Positions 50,546 to 64,000 of a stretch of 64,000 nt of DNA are shown in pieces. The translations under genes were made by a program, and so were the position numbers. The stretch's first letter is position 1, and each line of letters begins with the position of its first letter. The stretch is from NCBI RefSeq assembly GCF_023055435.1, contig NW_025964112.1, positions 57,164,001 to 57,228,000 of the forward strand, read 5' to 3'. The notes below the pieces were generated by a model that saw nothing but the letters and a program-made list of their open reading frames with translations, was not told the origin of the DNA and did not search any database. The DNA is from Haliotis rufescens. Its lineage: Eukaryota.

Positions 50546-53500
50546 ACACCAGCTGTATGACCTCTTCCATGTCCTAGCCATCATACATCAACTGTGTGAC
50601 CTGTTCCATGTACTAGCCATCATACACCAGCTGTATGACCTCTTCCATGTCCTAGCCATCATACATCAACTGTGTGACCTCTTCCATGTCCTAGCCATCA
50701 TACATCAACTGTGTGACCTGTTCCATGTCCTAGCCATCATACACCACTGTGTGACCTGTTCCATGTCCTAGCCATCATACACCAACTGTGTGACCTCTTC
50801 CATGTACTAGCCATCATACATCAACTGTGTGACCTGTTCCATGTCCTAGCCATCATACATCAACTGTGTTACCTCTTCCATGTCCTAGCCATCATACATC
50901 AACTGTGTGACCTATTCCATGTACTAGCCATCATACATCAACTGTGTTACCTCTTCCATGTCCTAACCATCATACATCAACTGTGTGACCTGTTCCATGT
51001 CCTAGCCATCATACACCAACTGTGTGACCTGTTCCATGTCCTAGCCATCATATACCAACTGTGTGACCTGTTCCATGTCCTAGCCATCATACATCAACTG
51101 TGTGACCTGTTCCATGTACTAGCCATCATACATCAACTGTGTGACCTGTATCATGTACTGGCCATCATACATCAACTGTGTGACCTGTTCCATGTACTAG
51201 CCATCATACATCAACTGTGTGACCTGTTCCATGTCCTAGCCATCATACATCAACTGTGTGACCTGTGTCATGTCCTAGCCATCATACACCACTGTGTGAC
51301 CTGTTCCATGTCCTAGCCATCATACACCAACTGTGTGACCTCTTCCATGTACTAGCCATCATAAATCAACTGTGTGACCTCTTCCATGTCCTAGCCATCA
51401 TACATCAACTGTGTGACCTCTTCCATGTCCTAGCCATCATACATCAACTGTGTGACCTCTTCCATGTCCTAGCCATCATACATCAACTGTGTGACCTCTT
51501 CCATGTCCTAGCTTTCATACACCAACTGTGTGACCTGTTCCATGTCCTAGCCATCATATACCAACTGTGTGACCTGTTCCATGTCCTAGCCATCATACAT
51601 CAACTGTGTGACCTGTTCCATGTACTAGCCATCATACATCAACTGTGTGACCTGTATCATGTACTGGCCATCATACATCAACTGTGTGACCTGTTCCATG
51701 TACTAGCCATCATACATCAACTGTGTGACCTGTTCCATGTCCTAGCCATCATACATCAACTGTGTGACCTCTTCCATGTCCTAGCCATCATACATCAACT
51801 GTGTGACCTGTTCCATGTCCTAGCCATCATACATCAACTGTGTGACCTGTTCCATGTCCTAGCCATCATACATCATCTGTGTGACCTATTCCATGTACTA
51901 GCCATCATACATCAACTGTGTGACCTCTTCCATGTCCTAGCCATCATACATCAACTGTGTGACCTGTTCCATGTCCTAGCCATCATACACAAACTGTGTG
52001 ACCTGTTCCATGTCCTAGCCATCATATACCAACTGTGTGACCTGTTCCATGTCCTAGCCATCATACATCAACTGTGTGACCTGTTCCATGTACTAGCCAT
52101 CATACATCAACTGTGTGACCTGTATCATGTACTGGCCATCATACATCAACTGTGTGACCTGTTCCATGTACTAGCCATCATACATCAACTGTGTGACCTG
52201 TTCCATGTCCTAGCCATCATACATCAACTGTGTGACCTGTTCCATGTCCTAGCCATCATACACCAACTGTGTGACCTCTTCCATGTACTAGCCATCATAC
52301 ATCAACTGTGTGACCTGTATCATGTACTGGCCATCATACATCAACTGTGTGACCTGTTCCATGTACTAGCCATCATACATCAACTGTGTGACCTGTTCCA
52401 TGTCCTAGCCATCATACATCAACTGTGTGACCTGTGTCATGTCCTAGCCATCATACACCACTGTGTGACCTGTTCCATGTCCTAGCCATCATACACCAAC
52501 TGTGTGACCTCTTCCATGTACTAGCCATCATAAATCAACTGTGTGACCTCTTCCATGTCCTAGCCATCATACATCAACTGTGTGACCTCTTCCATGTCCT
52601 AGCCATCATACATCAACTGTGTGACCTCTTCCATGTCCTAGCCATCATACATCAACTGTGTGACCTCTTCCATGTCCTAGCTTTCATACACCAACTGTGT
52701 GACCTGTTCCATGTCCTAGCCATCATATACCAACTGTGTGACCTGTTCCATGTCCTAGCCATCATACATCAACTGTGTGACCTGTTCCATGTACTAGCCA
52801 TCATACATCAACTGTGTGACCTGTATCATGTACTGGCCATCATACATCAACTGTGTGACCTGTTCCATGTACTAGCCATCATACATCAACTGTGTGACCT
52901 CTTCCATGTCCTAGCCATCATACATCAACTGTGTGACCTCTTCCATGTCCTAGCCATCATACATCAACTGTGTGACCTGTTCCATGTCCTAGCCATCATA
53001 CATCAACTGTGTGACCTGTTCCATGTCCTAGCCATCATACACCAACTGTGTGACCTCTTCCATGTACTAGCCATCATACATCAACTGTGTGACCTCTTCC
53101 ATGTCCTAGCCATCATACATCAAGTGTGTGACCTCTTCCATGTCCTAGCCATCATACATCATCTGTGTGACCTATTCCATGTACTAGCCATCATACATCA
53201 ACTGTGTGACCTCTTCCATGTCCTAGCCATCATACATCAACTGTGTGACCTGTTCCATGTCCTAGCCATCATACACAAACTGTGTGACCTGTTCCATGTC
53301 CTAGCCATCATATACCAACTGTGTGACCTGTTCCATGTCCTAGCCATCATACATCAACTGTGTGACCTGTTCCATGTACTAGCCATCATACATCAACTGT
53401 GTGACCTGTATCATGTACTGGCCATCATACATCAACTGTGTGACCTGTTCCATGTACTAGCCATCATACATCAACTGTGTGACCTGTTCCATGTCCTAGC

Positions 53501-54450
53501 CATCATACATCAACTGTGTGACCTGTTCCATGTCCTAGCCATCATACATCAACTGTGTGACCTGTTCCATGTCCTAGCCATCATACATCAACTGTGTGAC
53601 CTGTATCATGTACTGGCCATCATACATCAACTGTGTGACCTGTTCCATGTACTAGCCATCATACATCAACTGTGTGACCTCTTCCATGTCCTAGCCATCA
53701 TACATCAACTGTGTGACCTCTTCCATGTCCTAGCCATCATACACCAACTGTGTGACCTGTTCCATGTCCTAGCCATCATACATCAACTGTGTGACCTGTT
53801 CCATGTCCTAGCCATCATACACCAACTGTGTGACCTGTTCCATGTCCTAGCCATCATACATCAACTGTGTGACCTGTTCCATGTCCTAGCCATCATACAC
53901 CAACTGTGTGACCTGTTCCATGTCCTGGCCATCATACACCAACTGTGTGACCTCTTCCATGTCCTAGCCATCATATACCAACTGTGTGACCTGTTCCATG
54001 TCCTAGCCATCATACATCAACTGTGTGACCTGTTCCATGTCCTAGCCATCATACATCAACTGTGTGACCTCTTCCATGTCCTAGCCATCATACATCAACT
54101 GTGTGACCTGTTCCATGTCCTAGGCATCATACATCAACTGTGTGACCTCTTACATGTACAAGCCATCATACATCAACTGTGTGACCTGTTACATGTACTA
54201 GCCATCATACATCAAGTGTGTGACCTCTTCCATGTCCTAGCCATCATACATCAACTGTGTGACCTCTTCCATGTCCTAGCCATCATACATCAACTGTGTG
54301 ACCTGTTCCATGTCCTAGGCATCATACATCAACTGTGTGACCTCTTACATGTACAAGCCATCATACATCAACTGTGTGACCTGTTACATGTCCTAGCCAT
54401 CATACATCAACTGTGTGACCTCTTCCATGTCCTAGCCATCATACAACACT
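50546..54450. repeat. 39-bp satellite (CATCAACTGTGTGACCTGTTCCATGTCCTAGCCATCATA), ~100 units with higher-order blocks
   Basis: Directly visible; the same order of variants recurs 1169 bp apart (51265 vs 52434). Confidence 0.97.
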
Positions 54451-55109
54451 GTGTGGACTGTGCAAAGTTGTGCGTTGGGCACATAACTTTGGGCTTTCCT
54501 ACCACATCAAGCTGACATGCCATGATATAACTGGAATACTGTTAAAAGCGGCGTTAAACCCAACTCACTCACTCACTCACTTATTGCTTGAGTATCAATT
54601 GCACTGTTTGTATCAATACATTTCTGATGATATGATACTTCTATGACAAGGCACAAACAAACAAGTTTGCAAGTACTTGTAGCCCCAATTATTCTTTATA
54701 GATTCAGACCAAATTTTCAAATATCAATTAAATAGAAGTAATCATGTGGAAGAGTAAGCATTATTTTTTGTATTATAGCGATACTGCTTCACACCTGAAA
54801 TGATCGCCTGTTGGTCAGACACAGGTGCACAACAAGAGACTATAACAAACAATGAAAATGGCACCACTGGATGTAGATTGAGATGGCACAATTGCTGTTG
54901 TTATGGGAAAAGTAGAACTGTCAGGCATGATAAGATCCAGTTTGTTTCGATTGTTTTTGTTTATTGCTGAAATATTCCTTTATTATTCATGCAGCCTGTA
55001 TGTAAGTAATCTAGTCTTCGACTGGCAAACCAGGGAATGAAATAATGATCACCATCTCATGTTCTTGCAGAATGATGACATGTAATCAGCCAGCACCTGG
55101 GCCACCTGA

Positions 55110-55532
55110 AGAATGGACGTCCAAGAAAATGATCCAAGAAGGGACTTCCAAGAATATGTTCCAAGAATGGACTTCCAAGAATAGACTTCCAAGAATGGAC
55201 TTCCAAGAATATGATCCAAGAATAGACTTCCAAGAATGTTCTTCCAAGAGTATGATCCAAGAATGTTCTTCCAAGGGTATGATCCAAGAATGGACTTCCA
55301 AGAATATGATCCAAGAATGTTCTTCCAAGAGTATGATCCAAGAATGTTCTTCCAAGAGTATGATCCAAGAATGGACTTCCAAGAATATGATCCAAGCATG
55401 TTCTTCCAAGGGTATGACCCAAGAATAGACTTCCAAGAGTATGATCCAAAAATGTTCTTCCAAGAGTATGATCCAGGAATGGACTTCCAAGAATATGATC
55501 CAAAAATGGACTTCCAAGAATCTGATCCAAGA
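55110..55532. repeat. Minisatellite built from CCAAGAA-containing 13/14-bp subunits (~27-bp dimer)
   Basis: Directly visible alternation of TGGACTTCCAAGAA and TATGATCCAAGAA. Confidence 0.9.
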
Positions 55533-56296
55533 AAGGACATTACTATGATCACTTTGTGGAACTGGGCCCTGCACCACAAAGTTTACAAACACATCACCTC
55601 ATACCTCATGACATATATTTTGAAATACCGTTGCAAGATACACCAGTAAAACAATGCCATGTGAGGTCAGCCTAGCAACAGGGTTGCTGGGGTCATTAAG
55701 TGTGCATAAGCTCCTCTCAGTGTTGTATCATCTCTACATGCAATGTCATTGAATAAGCCCAGGGATGTTGAGAGTTTTCAATATTTCTTAGTGCAACTGG
55801 TACCCGCAGTACATACATTGTGTGCATGTGCTTTGGTATCAAACACTGTGTAATACCAGCTTATTGTTATCAAACAGTGGTATCTTCAACAGGCGAGTAA
55901 TAAGTAGGTATTACCAAATTGATATACCATGGAAAAATTACTTCTGTGGAAAGTGTTATCAACTCTTGCAGGGAGTGGATTCATCCTGCATCCTTACCTC
56001 ATCAGCTTGTTGATGAGGTTAACCTACTAGGTCATTTGGACAAGGCATCAGACCTCAGATCAGAAGATCAGTGGTTCCTATCCCATGTGAGGACTCAGAC
56101 ATTTAATAGCCACTACAATAGCATGAATTCATAATCTCTTCTCTATTAGTATGTCACACATGTAATTACCAGCCTGACATTTTCATCTCTTTAAGCTCAG
56201 ATATAAATTATTGATGGAATAAAATACTAACTGGTCTTTGTGCACGTTCTTGCCAGGCTAGACTACACTATTCTTCATGAACCTTCATATATACAG

Positions 56297-56587
56297 GACA
56301 GCCTCTGTGGTCTAGTGGTAGAGCATCTGCCCGGAGAGCAGAAGGTCCGGGGTTCGAACCCCGGCCGCGTCATACCAAAAGACGTTAAAAGATGGTACTT
56401 GTTGTTACCCTGTCAGGCACTCGGCATTAAGGGGCTAAAACAAGGACTGGTCGGCTCGGTGCCAGTATAATATGTCTGAGTGAGGTATTCATGTTAAACT
56501 GCGTCATGGTATCTCAGTGTGCTAGCACTATAAATCGGCATCTGTCCAGACTAGTACAAGCAGCCACGCACACGTACATGCAGGTCA

Positions 56588-56638
<51 letters not shown>

Positions 56639-56710
56639 TGTATGCACGTCGCTATGCATGTGCACTAATCTTGGACGCGAAATTAAAAACACGATTTCAC
56701 CTCACCTCAT
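56297..56710 (+). mobile_element. Full-length tRNA-derived SINE, family A, with internal (CA)n
   Basis: GCCTCTGTGGTCTAGTGGTAGAGCA...GGGTTCGAACCCC head and CACCTCACCTC tail. The central region resembles mollusc Meta-domain SINEs (from memory, unverified). Confidence 0.88.
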
Positions 56711-57191
56711 ATATACAGATACCACACTGCTGTTCATGAACCTCCATATATATACAGACACTATGCTATTGTTCATGAACCTTCATACACACAGATATAT
56801 AACAGATAGCCTAATATCATTTTTATTGTCATATTAATAACACTGGAAGTTCTTAATGGTATCATTTGCCTCCCTCGGGGAATGTGTGTTTGATTGTCAA
56901 CAAGTTCCACATCAGGCCAGTGTTGCTGAGAATATTTGTAGCTTGTTCTTAATATCAGGGTGACTATATTCGTCAATAGTGATTAATATTACACAACTTT
57001 TTTTATATACTCTGTATTTGTCATAAATGTTTTATAGGCATACAGCCATTTGTATCCTAGTTACTCGACACCAAAATAATTAAGTCAAAATATACAGAGA
57101 ATAATGCCTCGCCTGAATGTTAGAACGGGTGACATTCTCATCAATCCCGTGGTTGAGAGTTTCCCCACTGTCACACAGTCGGGTATCTTGA

Positions 57192-57497
57192 AACATGTTG
57201 CAGCTTGCTCTGATGAATGTTGCAGCATTCTCTGATGAATGTTGTGACGTGCTCTGGTGAATGTTGTAACATGCTCTGATGAATGTTGCAACGTGCTCTG
57301 ATGAATGTTGCAACATGCTCTGATGAATGTTGTAACATGCTCTGGTGAATGTTGCAGCATGCTCTGATGAATGTTGTAACATGCTCTGATGAATGTTGTA
57401 ACATGCTCTGGTGAATGTTGCAACATGCTCTGATGAATGTTGTAACATGCTCTGATGAATGTTGCAACATGCTCTGATGAATTTTGCAACATGCTCC
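57192..57497. repeat. 22-bp minisatellite (CATGCTCTGATGAATGTTGCAA), array 1
   Basis: Directly visible; ~14 units. Confidence 0.93.
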
Positions 57498-57996
57498 AGA
57501 GCTCCAGATAAGCTTTTGGTGTTGTGGGTATTTTACCCATGCATTTTAAAATCACTGCGTATCAGCTATTCTATCTGGGTATTCAAATTTCTGTTACCCA
57601 CTAGTTTTTACACATGTGGGTATTTAAGTTAAATATTTAAAAACACTATTCATCTAGTCCCTGCAAACTGGTGTCGTGTGGGTTCGAGAGCTTTATAGGA
57701 CTCAAAAATACCACGATACTTCCACAAGAAAGTGTGATGGCAAATGATCATGATGTAACTGTCATCATGGAGTTTGGTAAGGTTGACGGAATGCCCGTTT
57801 ATAATTTCAAAATTAGTTGCTGATTTGCTATTCGAATACGCAGGGTTACTTCACAATATTTTAATGATACGCACAAGTTTGTAGCATATCTGTAATGTTC
57901 GTTGAGTATTTGATACGCTTGGATTTTATTTTACTGCATATTTCTGCATTTCTGATGCGTATTTTACGCAGATACGCAGCTTATCTGGATCTCTGT

Positions 57997-58237
57997 GCTC
58001 TGATGAATGTTGAAACATGCTCTGATGAATGTTGCAACATGCTCTGATAAATGTTGAAACATGCCCTGATGAATGTTGAAACATGCCCTGATGAATGTTG
58101 CAACATGCTCTGATGAATGTTGAAACATGCCCTGATGAATGTTGAAACATGCTCTGATGAATGTTGAAACATGCCCTGATGAATGTTGCAACATGCTCTG
58201 ATGAATGTTGTAACATACTCTGATGAATATGTTGCAA
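57997..58237. repeat. 22-bp minisatellite, array 2 (same family, TTGAAA/GCCC variants)
   Basis: Directly visible; ~11 units. Confidence 0.93.
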
Positions 58238-61200
58238 TAGGCCTTGGGTATATATGCAGTAATTTATGCAGTATATTATGTTATATATCCATGTACTATA
58301 TATCAATATATTTATCAGAACAGGGATGCCAGTCCAAGCATTATTCCTTTTCAAATGTGTAGATATATTGTTATACATGCTGTCGTATACAATATACAAA
58401 AGCATGATTATGCTTGAATATATTTTCATGTTTTTCAGTTTTCCAATAACTCTAAATGTGTTAGCATATTCTGATGAAGAGAAGCTTCATCCATGCACAC
58501 AATGTGTCATGACAGAGAACATGTTTCCCAGGATACAGATGTGCTTTCTTTCAAGTGAGCCATTCATTCATCTTAACAATACTAGGATGTGCCCCTTGGT
58601 GTTAGGAGTTACCAACAAACACAATACTTCTAATCCATCTATAAACTCAATAAATATCATATCACCAAGAACTTGTTTGCCCCTTCCTATTCATTGAAAT
58701 TGACAATACCATATCAATTATTTGATATTCAAAACCCAGATTATTTATCAATTTAATATGTTTATTTTCTATGTGATGGTCTAGTTTACTCTTGTGAAAG
58801 TATATTTATCACTGACTCCAAATAATAAACATTTTTGATAAAAGAACATATATGATTTTTTATGTAAGTGAAAAAATATTTTCAATGATCATAAGAAATC
58901 TCTGCTAAAAACGGAATCTATTATACGATTCCAACTATATCATGAGCATGTGCCTATGAATCACTATCAAATAGTGATGATTCTGGTGTTCTCGAAAAAG
59001 GTGAATGTAACCTGCCCCACCTGTGGGACCCATAACAAACACATGCAAAGGCAAGGCAATTGTCCTTTTAAAATACACGGGCATATGGTACAAGTCAAGA
59101 TAGGGAATGTCATATTCAGGCACCAGAAATGTATTTTAACCATGCCATTACAATTTTAACTGTGCCATTGACAATGTAATACAAGTTTGGAATATAAGGG
59201 TTTCGAAACCCTGGTTTCTCTTTTGAATGTGTCATGCAGAAATGAATCTCTTCTCATAGACTGGGTGCTTGCTGTAATTATACCTATAATTCTTCTTTTG
59301 TAGACACAAATTCTTTTCACAACATACTCTGGTGAATCTATTTTAGGAAACAACCCTGCTGGGACTGCCCTTTTGTTTAATGTCTGGTATCTGCCTACAG
59401 TGAATGGCCATATTTTGTAATTAGGTGTCTTAAAAGAAACTACTCGAACATAAAAAGTTTTAATCCTTACAAATCTGATATTACACCTTATGAAGCAAGA
59501 AATTCAGTGATTTGTCGGAGGTTTCTTGGTAATTATATGCCCATGTCAGTGCTAAGAACATCCTAAAAGTAACCTGGCTGTCTACTGTTGTAAGTCAAGC
59601 TCACCTCGACTACCACATCACCATCTGTATTGTAGACACATTAGTCAGTCTGAGAATACTGTGTACCACTTCCCAGTTTGACACATGAAATCACTACCTT
59701 AATGATTAGCCTTGCATAAAGGCCAAGCTTGCCACAATCAACATCGTAGTTCTTCCTAGTTCAGTCTTCGGGACTTGTTGTTATGCGCATTCCTTATCTT
59801 TTCGTTCATTGTTCGCTTGTACAGGATATCATTCTATTTGCATGACTTTGTCACTATAAGTGATCATGGCAATCAGGACTAAATCAGTCACAATAATTAT
59901 TTGGGGTGAAACATTAATTTAGAATAAAACTTAATTTGATTTAATATTATTATTCTTTGGGCTGGATACGTTTGCCAGGTAGATGTTGCCAATATTGAAT
60001 TGAGGTTAAGTCTCACAAGAGCCTAATGAAATAATAGTTAATAATAGAAAAACAGTCACAGAATTTTTCTTTATATTTTTTTCCAAAAGTATGTTCATCC
60101 AAAAAGTCAAGAAAAAAATGATTCTGTCCTTATCAACTTCAAAGCTACATGAGTGAGTGAGTGAGTGAGTGAGTGAGTATGGTAAATTCCACCACTTTTA
60201 GTAAAATTCCAGCAACATTATAATAGGGACACGAGAAATAGGCTTCACACATTGGACGAAAGAGGGGATATTGAACCCAGATTTAGGCCTGACAACCAAC
60301 ACTTTAACCATTTTAACCCTTAAGTTTCATGAAAACAACAGGGCTGATCTAACAAGCAATATGTAACTATATTATCCGCTAAACTCAACTTGTTTACCTT
60401 CTTGTTCAACCCTTCAATATCAGACATCTTTCCCATGAACAGCTGCAGAATCTCAATATTCACACTTGGGGATACTTGACACACTTGACAAAATTAATTA
60501 AATTTGTGTTCTGGAATCAGGACAAGCAAACATGTCACACCCATTAGAAACTTGCTACAGTTTGTGAAGTCTAAAAGTAGAAACACCAATCTGAGAGAAG
60601 CTACATGAATTTAACAATGTACTAAATGTACTATTTAACCTCATGATACTGGTTGTCCCAAGTACACAAATTGGTTCCAACAGTAAAGTTCCAACTTTAA
60701 ATCTTTGTCCACATGCATTGCAATTATACAGACACTTTTTGTAAGAACTAGACTTGTGAAGAGATGAAAATACATTAACTTGATCTACTGAACAAAAAAA
60801 GATAGCGATCATGAATATTTTGGGGGATTTTATTTTGTGGTGAACACTGAGCACACAATTTCTTTAAAACATCCCTTAAACATTAACGATCCCTAACTTT
60901 TTTGTTTAGAATACATTCTTCATTTCCTATGTGCATTCAATTAGAAGATATATATGCACATAAATTCTACCAAATGTGAGCTCTTTCTAATGCCATCTGA
61001 TCCAAAAAATCTAGGTTTCAAATTCTCGATAACTCCATAAATTTGAAAACACATCTGTTTAAGAACATGTAAATATGAAATGTTACCAGTCATTTAATGA
61101 AGCATGCTCTCTGCTAACATGAACTCATGAATAGCCATGGGAAATGCTTGACATCACTTTGGAATGCTATGAAGTCATACAATGGTTGACTTAACCCACC

Positions 61201-62367
61201 TGGTGTTCTCAATGTAGAACAGTCAACTGGAGCAGGACGTTCTGCTGAATATTAATCCAGCAGTATGAATATGGTAGACAAGATATGATACAATTGCACA
61301 GTTTTTCCAATTTAGGACAGGGAAAAGAATAATATTTAACAGGAACAGTATTAATGCAAAATGAAAAAGTTAAAAAACAGCAAAGCAAGCTAATGGTGAC
61401 AACAAATGCCCCTTAAAGATGGACTTGCTCCACAACCTGCTGTAGGTGTAGATAAAGTTAATGTGATGTTTCAAACTGAGAATTTAATTTAGAACTTAAC
61501 TGTGATTATTGCCCAGAAATGACATTTGGCGACTATGCTTGTCGTAAAAGGCGACTAACAGGATCAGGGGGTCAGGCTCGCTGACTTGGTTGAACCATGT
61601 CACCGTATCCCAATTGCCTGGATTGATGCTCATGATATCAATCACTGGATTGTCTGATCAAGAATCGATTATTTACAGACTGCAGTCATAGAGCTGGAAT
61701 ATTGCTGAGTTAAACATGACAAACAAACAAACATTTAGAAGCAGCAGTATTAGTTGGAAGTTTTAAATCTTACAATTTCAGGGCATCTCATACTCAGTTG
61801 AAGATATCCAATTGCATATGATCTAAATGTGATAAAAACAAATATATAGATCATTCATATTTTCATAATTATCAATATATTTTACTTGTTCTTTGTCATA
61901 AATATTTCAGGTGTAGAAAGAAATAGAACAAAATGTTCAATGTTTTCCTTATCTGGTTACCTTGATAAACACTGCAATGGATATTACGCATGAGACATCA
62001 ATAAACACAGACGTTTTCATTCTGAAACCGTTGCCTAGGACATCAACAGAACATTGAGAAAGGACATCACGTCACCTAATACGAAACTGTCACAATAATG
62101 CCATTTGACTGCGCTTGAAAGAAAAGGTTTGAAGAGACGACCTGGTGTAATTGACAGAAGTCAGGAAACATGACTTGCACGTGCTTATTAACACCGTTGC
62201 TGAGCTGGGGGTGTGACCTTACTGTTAGCGCTGGTGTTGGTAGAACACTGGGGTGTGTTCAATTATTATTTGGTTTGTTAGTCGGAAAACGAATAATTAC
62301 CGACATATAAGTCCAGTTGTGTTAGTATCAACAGCAGATTTTGCTGAAGATCCATTGACGTTCTTAC

Positions 62368-62464
62368 CTGTATTTGGTGCTGCAGTTGTTGCCGCCATCA
62401 CACACGTCGCCAAGAAACTTAAGAAAACAATCACAACACATCCCTTCTGGGTAGACCAACACAT
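62368..62464 (-). CDS. Probable first coding exon (signal peptide) of the EGF-repeat gene: MCWSTQKGCVVIVFLSFLATCVMAATTAAPNT
   Basis: ATG in CACCATG context. Basic residue, hydrophobic core VVIVFLSFLA and a VMA-type cleavage site. Strong CAG|GTAAG donor in phase 1, matching all EGF exons. Linkage across the 33-kb gap is inferred. Confidence 0.75.
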
Positions 62465-62499
62465 GGTGAATCCGCTCTCAATAATCTCCCGCAATTTGA

Positions 62500-63010
62500 A
62501 TATTATCCAATGTAACGTGAGTCACCTCCGCTCTGCAATCTCAGGCTGCTTTCTATTGACAATGCCAGTGTGATTGCTGACAATTCAGCTTTTAAACCGT
62601 CTCCTTGGTCCCTGAATGGTCCGATACCTGCTTCTGCTGCCTGTGGGACTTGTAAATGTTACCCGTATGATTGACTGATACAAAGGTTGTGTCGTCTGCT
62701 CCGGAGAGTCTGTCTGACCACGACAGTCGACACGGCAGAGATGCACGAGATCTGCCCGGTGAATGAATGGGGGCGTGGCTTCACCACCTGTTCCTTTCTA
62801 ACCTAATTACGTCGAGAACGATCCGATTTCATAAAACGTTGAACGGACATAAAACTGCTACTTTCTGGTCAATAATGCCGCCCGGATTTTCAGTGCGCGC
62901 TTGTGAAATACATGGCACACCTTAACGTGCCTTTGTTTTAGATAACAGAGAATGTTATCTGCGATTTTCAAGCGGATATACGTGCTGATAAGCTCGGGGC
63001 CTTATCAGAT
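62500..63010 (-). promoter_or_regulatory. Candidate 5' UTR and promoter of the EGF gene, with an Sp/KLF GC box (GGGGCGTGGC, 62770-62779)
   Basis: Unique, CpG-enriched sequence directly upstream of the signal-peptide exon; several GATA-like motifs at 62940-63010. TSS not identifiable. Confidence 0.4.
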
Positions 63011-64000
63011 GTATGGAGTGAACGTTCTGACCTGCTGCCATTCTGACATAGATGACGTATAATGTGATATAGGTTCTGGTGACTAATGTTTCTTTCCAAG
63101 AATTTGTATTGTCTACGCAATGCCGATTACAAAGGATTTTAAAGAAATCATTAAAAATGTATTCGTCTCAATCTCTATCGCAGATTTGTATGATGGTGTG
63201 GTTGGTTTCGGGCAAATCAAAGACGTAAAGCTGTATGTATATACGTCTTTGGGAAAATGCACCGACTGTGAGAACTGATCGCGTGATATTAGACGTAAAA
63301 CATAAAACCAATTATTGTGTAAATAACATAAATAGCTACCTATAGAAATTGTAAACACGATAATCATTATTTTTGCTGAATAAATTAACAAAACATATAT
63401 ACACGTTTAACCGTTATTTTCGTTCCAACTGAAAAAACAACTAATGTTTGAATTACATGAATATATACAGAAAAAATATAGATTACGTTTTCAGTCTATA
63501 AAGAACAGAAGTAAGGGCTTACAATTCTGTGTAACCGATGTCATTCTAATAAACTAAAGTTTAGAGGGTCGTTGGGGTAGTAAAGTGGTTACAGCGTTCG
63601 CTCGTCACGCCGAAGGCCCGGATTCGATTCCCACATGGGTACACTGCCTGAAGTTCATTTCTGGTGTCCACTGCCGTGATATTGCTGCAATATAGCTAAA
63701 AGGCGGCGTAAAACCATACTCACTCACTCAATCAGTGAATTGTGTTATTTGTTGTTGAATTGCCTGTAAATATTCGAGTCCTGACCAGACAAAGCAGTGA
63801 TTGATATAATGAGCATCGATCCACGCTGTCGGCGTATGATAACACGCAATCAACCGAGCCGTAGCGTCCGACCACCCGATCCATTTGGTCGCCTCTTACG
63901 ACCAGGATACGACCTGGAGACCAACTGTAACTCGGAATTACCACGGTCCCAAGTTGAGGAGGCCATGAAATACTAGTATGTGATTAACATCCTCGGACTG

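Noticed and set aside
51265-54515. 406- and 693-aa HQLCDLFHVLAII repeat proteins
   Set aside because: 39-bp satellite with frame-breaking 38-bp units; antisense within an intron.
56297-56370. tRNA genes here and at 34438, 63565 and 11500-11570
   Set aside because: The tRNA-like segments are heads of multi-copy SINEs, with long bodies, microsatellite tails and in one case a TSD.
55045-58429. Overlapping 120-176 aa ORFs
   Set aside because: Products of the 27-bp and 22-bp minisatellites.

Overview
Eukaryotic, intron-rich, repeat-dense DNA. The SINE families look like those I recall from abalone (Haliotis), so the source is probably a gastropod mollusc (inference). One gene spans almost the whole window on the minus strand. 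It has a candidate signal-peptide exon (62464-62368), a ~33-kb candidate first intron, and 12 phase-1/phase-1 exons that each encode exactly one EGF-like domain (29396 down to 768). The gene continues beyond position 1 and resembles Notch/fibropellin-type EGF-repeat proteins. The EGF array shows remodelling at several scales: a ~5-kb two-exon cassette is triplicated (12364-27307) and one copy has lost an exon; the 3' half of one exon plus its donor is amplified ~19x in frame (78-bp array); another donor is amplified 4x (140-bp array); an 89-bp satellite expanded in only one cassette copy; and a palindrome loop is inverted between copies. Introns hold a decayed full-length mariner, mariner remnants, hAT- and Tc1/pogo-type MITEs, at least four SINE-like families, a LINE RT fragment abutting an unknown Pro-rich ORF, and many satellites. 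Most long ORFs in the supplied track are repeat artefacts.
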